Source of the DNA: Phoronis australis
Lineage: Eukaryota; Animalia; Phoronida
Direction: 5' to 3'
Assembly: GCA_002633005.1 (NCBI GenBank)
Contig: NMRA01000043.1
Coordinates: forward strand, 599,466-663,465
DNA: 64,000 nucleotides
Made by a program: the position numbers and the translations under genes. Position 1 is the first letter of the stretch. Every line of letters begins with the position of its first letter. The notes below the pieces were generated by a model. The model made no database searches, was not told the origin of the DNA, and worked only from the letters and a program-made list of their open reading frames with translations. This document shows, in pieces, positions 61,267-64,000 of this stretch.

Positions 61267-62636
61267 TACGTCATACTACACACTTTTGAGGGTTGTTTTT
61301 CACAGACTTCCACGAAAGGAAATACATTTTAAACGATGGTAATTTAATCGTTTTTGATCACACGCTTACAGGTGATTTATTTGTGGCAAACATATTCGCT
61401 CGTTTGATACGATGTCGTTTTTCTGTTTTGGACCCAGACAAATTAAAATGCCAAAATTAAAAATAATAATAATAATTATGCCAAATTTACGTTGCGCTTT
61501 AAATTACTAATCACTTAGAATGTTATTCCCAAGCCATGGGCCTGGACAATTATATTGTCCGGGAGCATACAATGGGGGGATCAAGTTAAACGGATGATAA
61601 TCAGTAAATATAGTTGTTTTTATCACCTTAATTAAGAAATTTGTATAGAAATACAAAAACATAAAGGACTCATTTACAATGTCATTCACTCTCCAGGCAC
61701 ACCAAATTTAAAGTCAATATGACAAAAAACGCATCTTGATTACATTATAGGTGTAGAAAATAATCGATTGGGTTTCATTTTGTTAAAAACATCGATTTTT
61801 TATTCTTGAAAGCGATATCTCTCTCAGCAGGGTATTGGCTTTTAACATTGTGTAAGAAATTGTTGTCACAAGAAAATTAGTTTGTGGAAAACATAGTCCT
61901 ATAATTGTTTAGCTAAGAGTATTAACAAGTTCAACAAATCATCTTTTCCAGCCTTGAGAAATCCAAAAACTATTACTTTGTAAGATACACCCCTGACAGC
62001 TGCAATTCATCAAAGAATGAGTAAAGTGTGTTCCAAAAATGTTTCGCAATGAGACATTCCCAAAAAAGGTGTTGTAAGAACTCTGACACATTTTTCCAAA
62101 AAAGAAGAACATAACCATCTCGTACATCTTTTTATAATTTTAGTCGTGCTTGGTGTCAAAGTTCTATGTCTTTGACGTGTACGCTTGTGTTACAAGAACG
62201 CCGACAGTAAAAGTCCCTCTCATTCCATTTTATTCACAATATAATGACACATACCCCATACACTACAAGTAAGGCCCAATCGTTGACGCAATATAAATCG
62301 TTTTGAAACATCAATGATCAGCAAATCCGGAATGCAGGGATTATGAGTTCTGTAACTTAACGGTTTAATCGATCATATCGCCCACCCTCACAGCAACGTC
62401 CCCGAAAAACTTTGCATCCGGCCTGGCCATATTGGTATTTGTAATTTTTACGGCCGCTCCTCTTCCCCAAAGATTCTATAGTTACCTCTAGGACGGCCAT
62501 TTTGGGATATATAGTATCTTTGTCTTGCCTGAGGCAACTAGAGGTCATGTTTACTCACTGGAACCAAAGTCTCCGATAACACTACGCACCTACACTGCAT
62601 GAGATTAAGTATTTCCTTGTTCAACATTTTGACCAG

Positions 62637-62829
62637 CGCAGCTCGCCAGACAGACATGGAACAGACACGGTTAACAGAAAGTTATATCAAAACTGCAAGC
62701 AATTCTCCGCTTCTTAATACAACATTTAATCAAGTCATAGCGGAAACGAGTGAAAAATTTGGTGACCGAGACGCTTTCGTTTTTTGTGATGAAACCACAA
62801 GAGTGACCTTCAAAGAACTTGCCGTCAAG
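62637..62829 (+). CDS. N-terminal exon of an ACSF2-like acyl-CoA synthetase (ANL adenylate-forming family); gene presumably continues beyond the window
   Basis: SYIKTASNSPLLNTTFNQVIAETSEKFGDRDAFVFCDETTRVTFKEL resembles the ACSF2 N-terminus (SY..G....L...T.G.......P.REA.V.....R.TF..L). CAG acceptor at 62634-62636, AAG|GTTGGT donor, in-frame ATG at 62656. Confidence 0.75.
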
Positions 62830-63447
62830 GTTGGTTTATTATTCGTCCCATAATCTTGTTTATAAAAACGGTTCAGAAGTAAGGCACACTGCTCTAGTTA
62901 GGCTTTCAAATCGCATTGACGTGCCTACGTCATCAGAGATGATTCGCATTATTTTAATAATGATTAGTAGATGTAGAAAAGTTGACCAAGCGTTTGCTTT
63001 TCTGTCATCTGCTTTCTATCAGTGCACACTGAAATTTGATTGGATGACACTAGACGTACCACGTGCATAGTGTACCTCCTAGGGCACTGAGACATCGAAC
63101 TCGAAATTATTTTTAGGATTTTCTGCTCTACTGTTGTGCAAAATCAAGATAAATGTTTACTACTATGCTCGAGTGCTTTATGGTTTATGCTAATTAGTTT
63201 CTAATCCAAGTTCACATTTTATGACACTTCGATTCGAGTTTAAACAGTACACACCATTGATTTTTACACATTTTGAATTACCGGTGGCCACAGACTAAAT
63301 GTGTGACGTAAAATTTAGCTAAACCCATGTTTATTTTGTGTAATTAGCTCGAAATTTCGATTTTTCTTTCAACTTTGCCAATTTTCACATTTCCCGCCAT
63401 GTGCTGTCATGGGTTGAACACAAGAGATCAGTGACTAGCATTGAACA

Positions 63448-63713
63448 ATGGCGGAGAGCAGTGAATTTGAAAGCGACGACGATTATGAGCAAGAATTGGA
63501 TGAATACTATGAAGAAACGTACGGGAATGGTGGCCAGGATGAGGAAATGGGGTTGCACGAAAGCGAGATAAAGTTTGATGTGTTTCCGGCTGCGTACTTT
63601 TCTACTTTGAGCCTAACGAACTGGATCCTCCCGCGAGAGAAGCGGCCTCGGGCTTGGCGAGTCAACCCTAGCCGGTGGGCCAGATTTTGTAGGGCCTCTA
63701 GAAAATGGTTTTT
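63448..63713 (+). CDS. Acidic-N-terminus ORF/exon of unknown function, possibly transposon-borne
   Basis: Good start context ACAATGGCG, coding-like GC content, ends at a GTGAGT donor; lies downstream of a repeat related to the 32816-33160 MITE. Confidence 0.35.
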
Positions 63714-64000
63714 GTGAGTACTTTAGGGGAGCAATTTTATTTTGGTGTTTTTTAATTCATTTATTAGAGTGTTTTGAAAAACTAAAAAGTTTCCACATAT
63801 AAAGTTGCACATTTTTGAGAAATTTGAGTTTGAAGTTACCTAATAATCACCAAAGAGCTTAGTAAACTTATATTTGTAAAAACAACAGTTTTGGTGACTT
63901 TTTTGTAAAACAAGTAATATGGTCCCATCAGTGCCATTGTATTGAACAATATTACACTCACATTACATGTTTTACTATTGTAAATTAATTGTAAACAGTG

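Noticed and set aside
62977-63070. VDQAFAFL as a possible next ligase exon
   Set aside because: The similarity does not continue into the expected GL..GDR.G motif and the acceptor phase is unconvincing.

Overview
Eukaryotic (invertebrate-animal-like, AT-rich, intron- and transposon-rich) genomic window, not prokaryotic; almost all short ORFs in the track are noise. Three genes were reconstructed by hand. (1) A 25-coding-exon retinoblastoma gene (RB1-type, about 855 aa, + strand, 4877-41839). (2) Tail-to-tail with it, a 6-exon iterative type I polyketide synthase (- strand, 58096-43562, about 2451 aa) with KS-AT-DH-cMT-ER-KR-ACP architecture, no thioesterase and one 6.77-kb exon. (3) Head-to-head with the PKS, the start of an ACSF2-like acyl-CoA synthetase that appears to lack a mitochondrial transit peptide (+ strand, about 61256/62637 onward). 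The divergent PKS plus acyl-CoA ligase pair is the best candidate for an undescribed system, a possible animal biosynthetic gene cluster. The introns hold a solo LTR nested in a hAT relic, TTAA-flanked Kolobok-like elements, MITEs with 5-, 6- and 9-bp target-site duplications (TSDs, including a self-nested trio), Helentron-type elements, LINE relics, and minisatellites that repeatedly abut or include RB1 splice sites. All family assignments come from remembered motifs; no database search was run.
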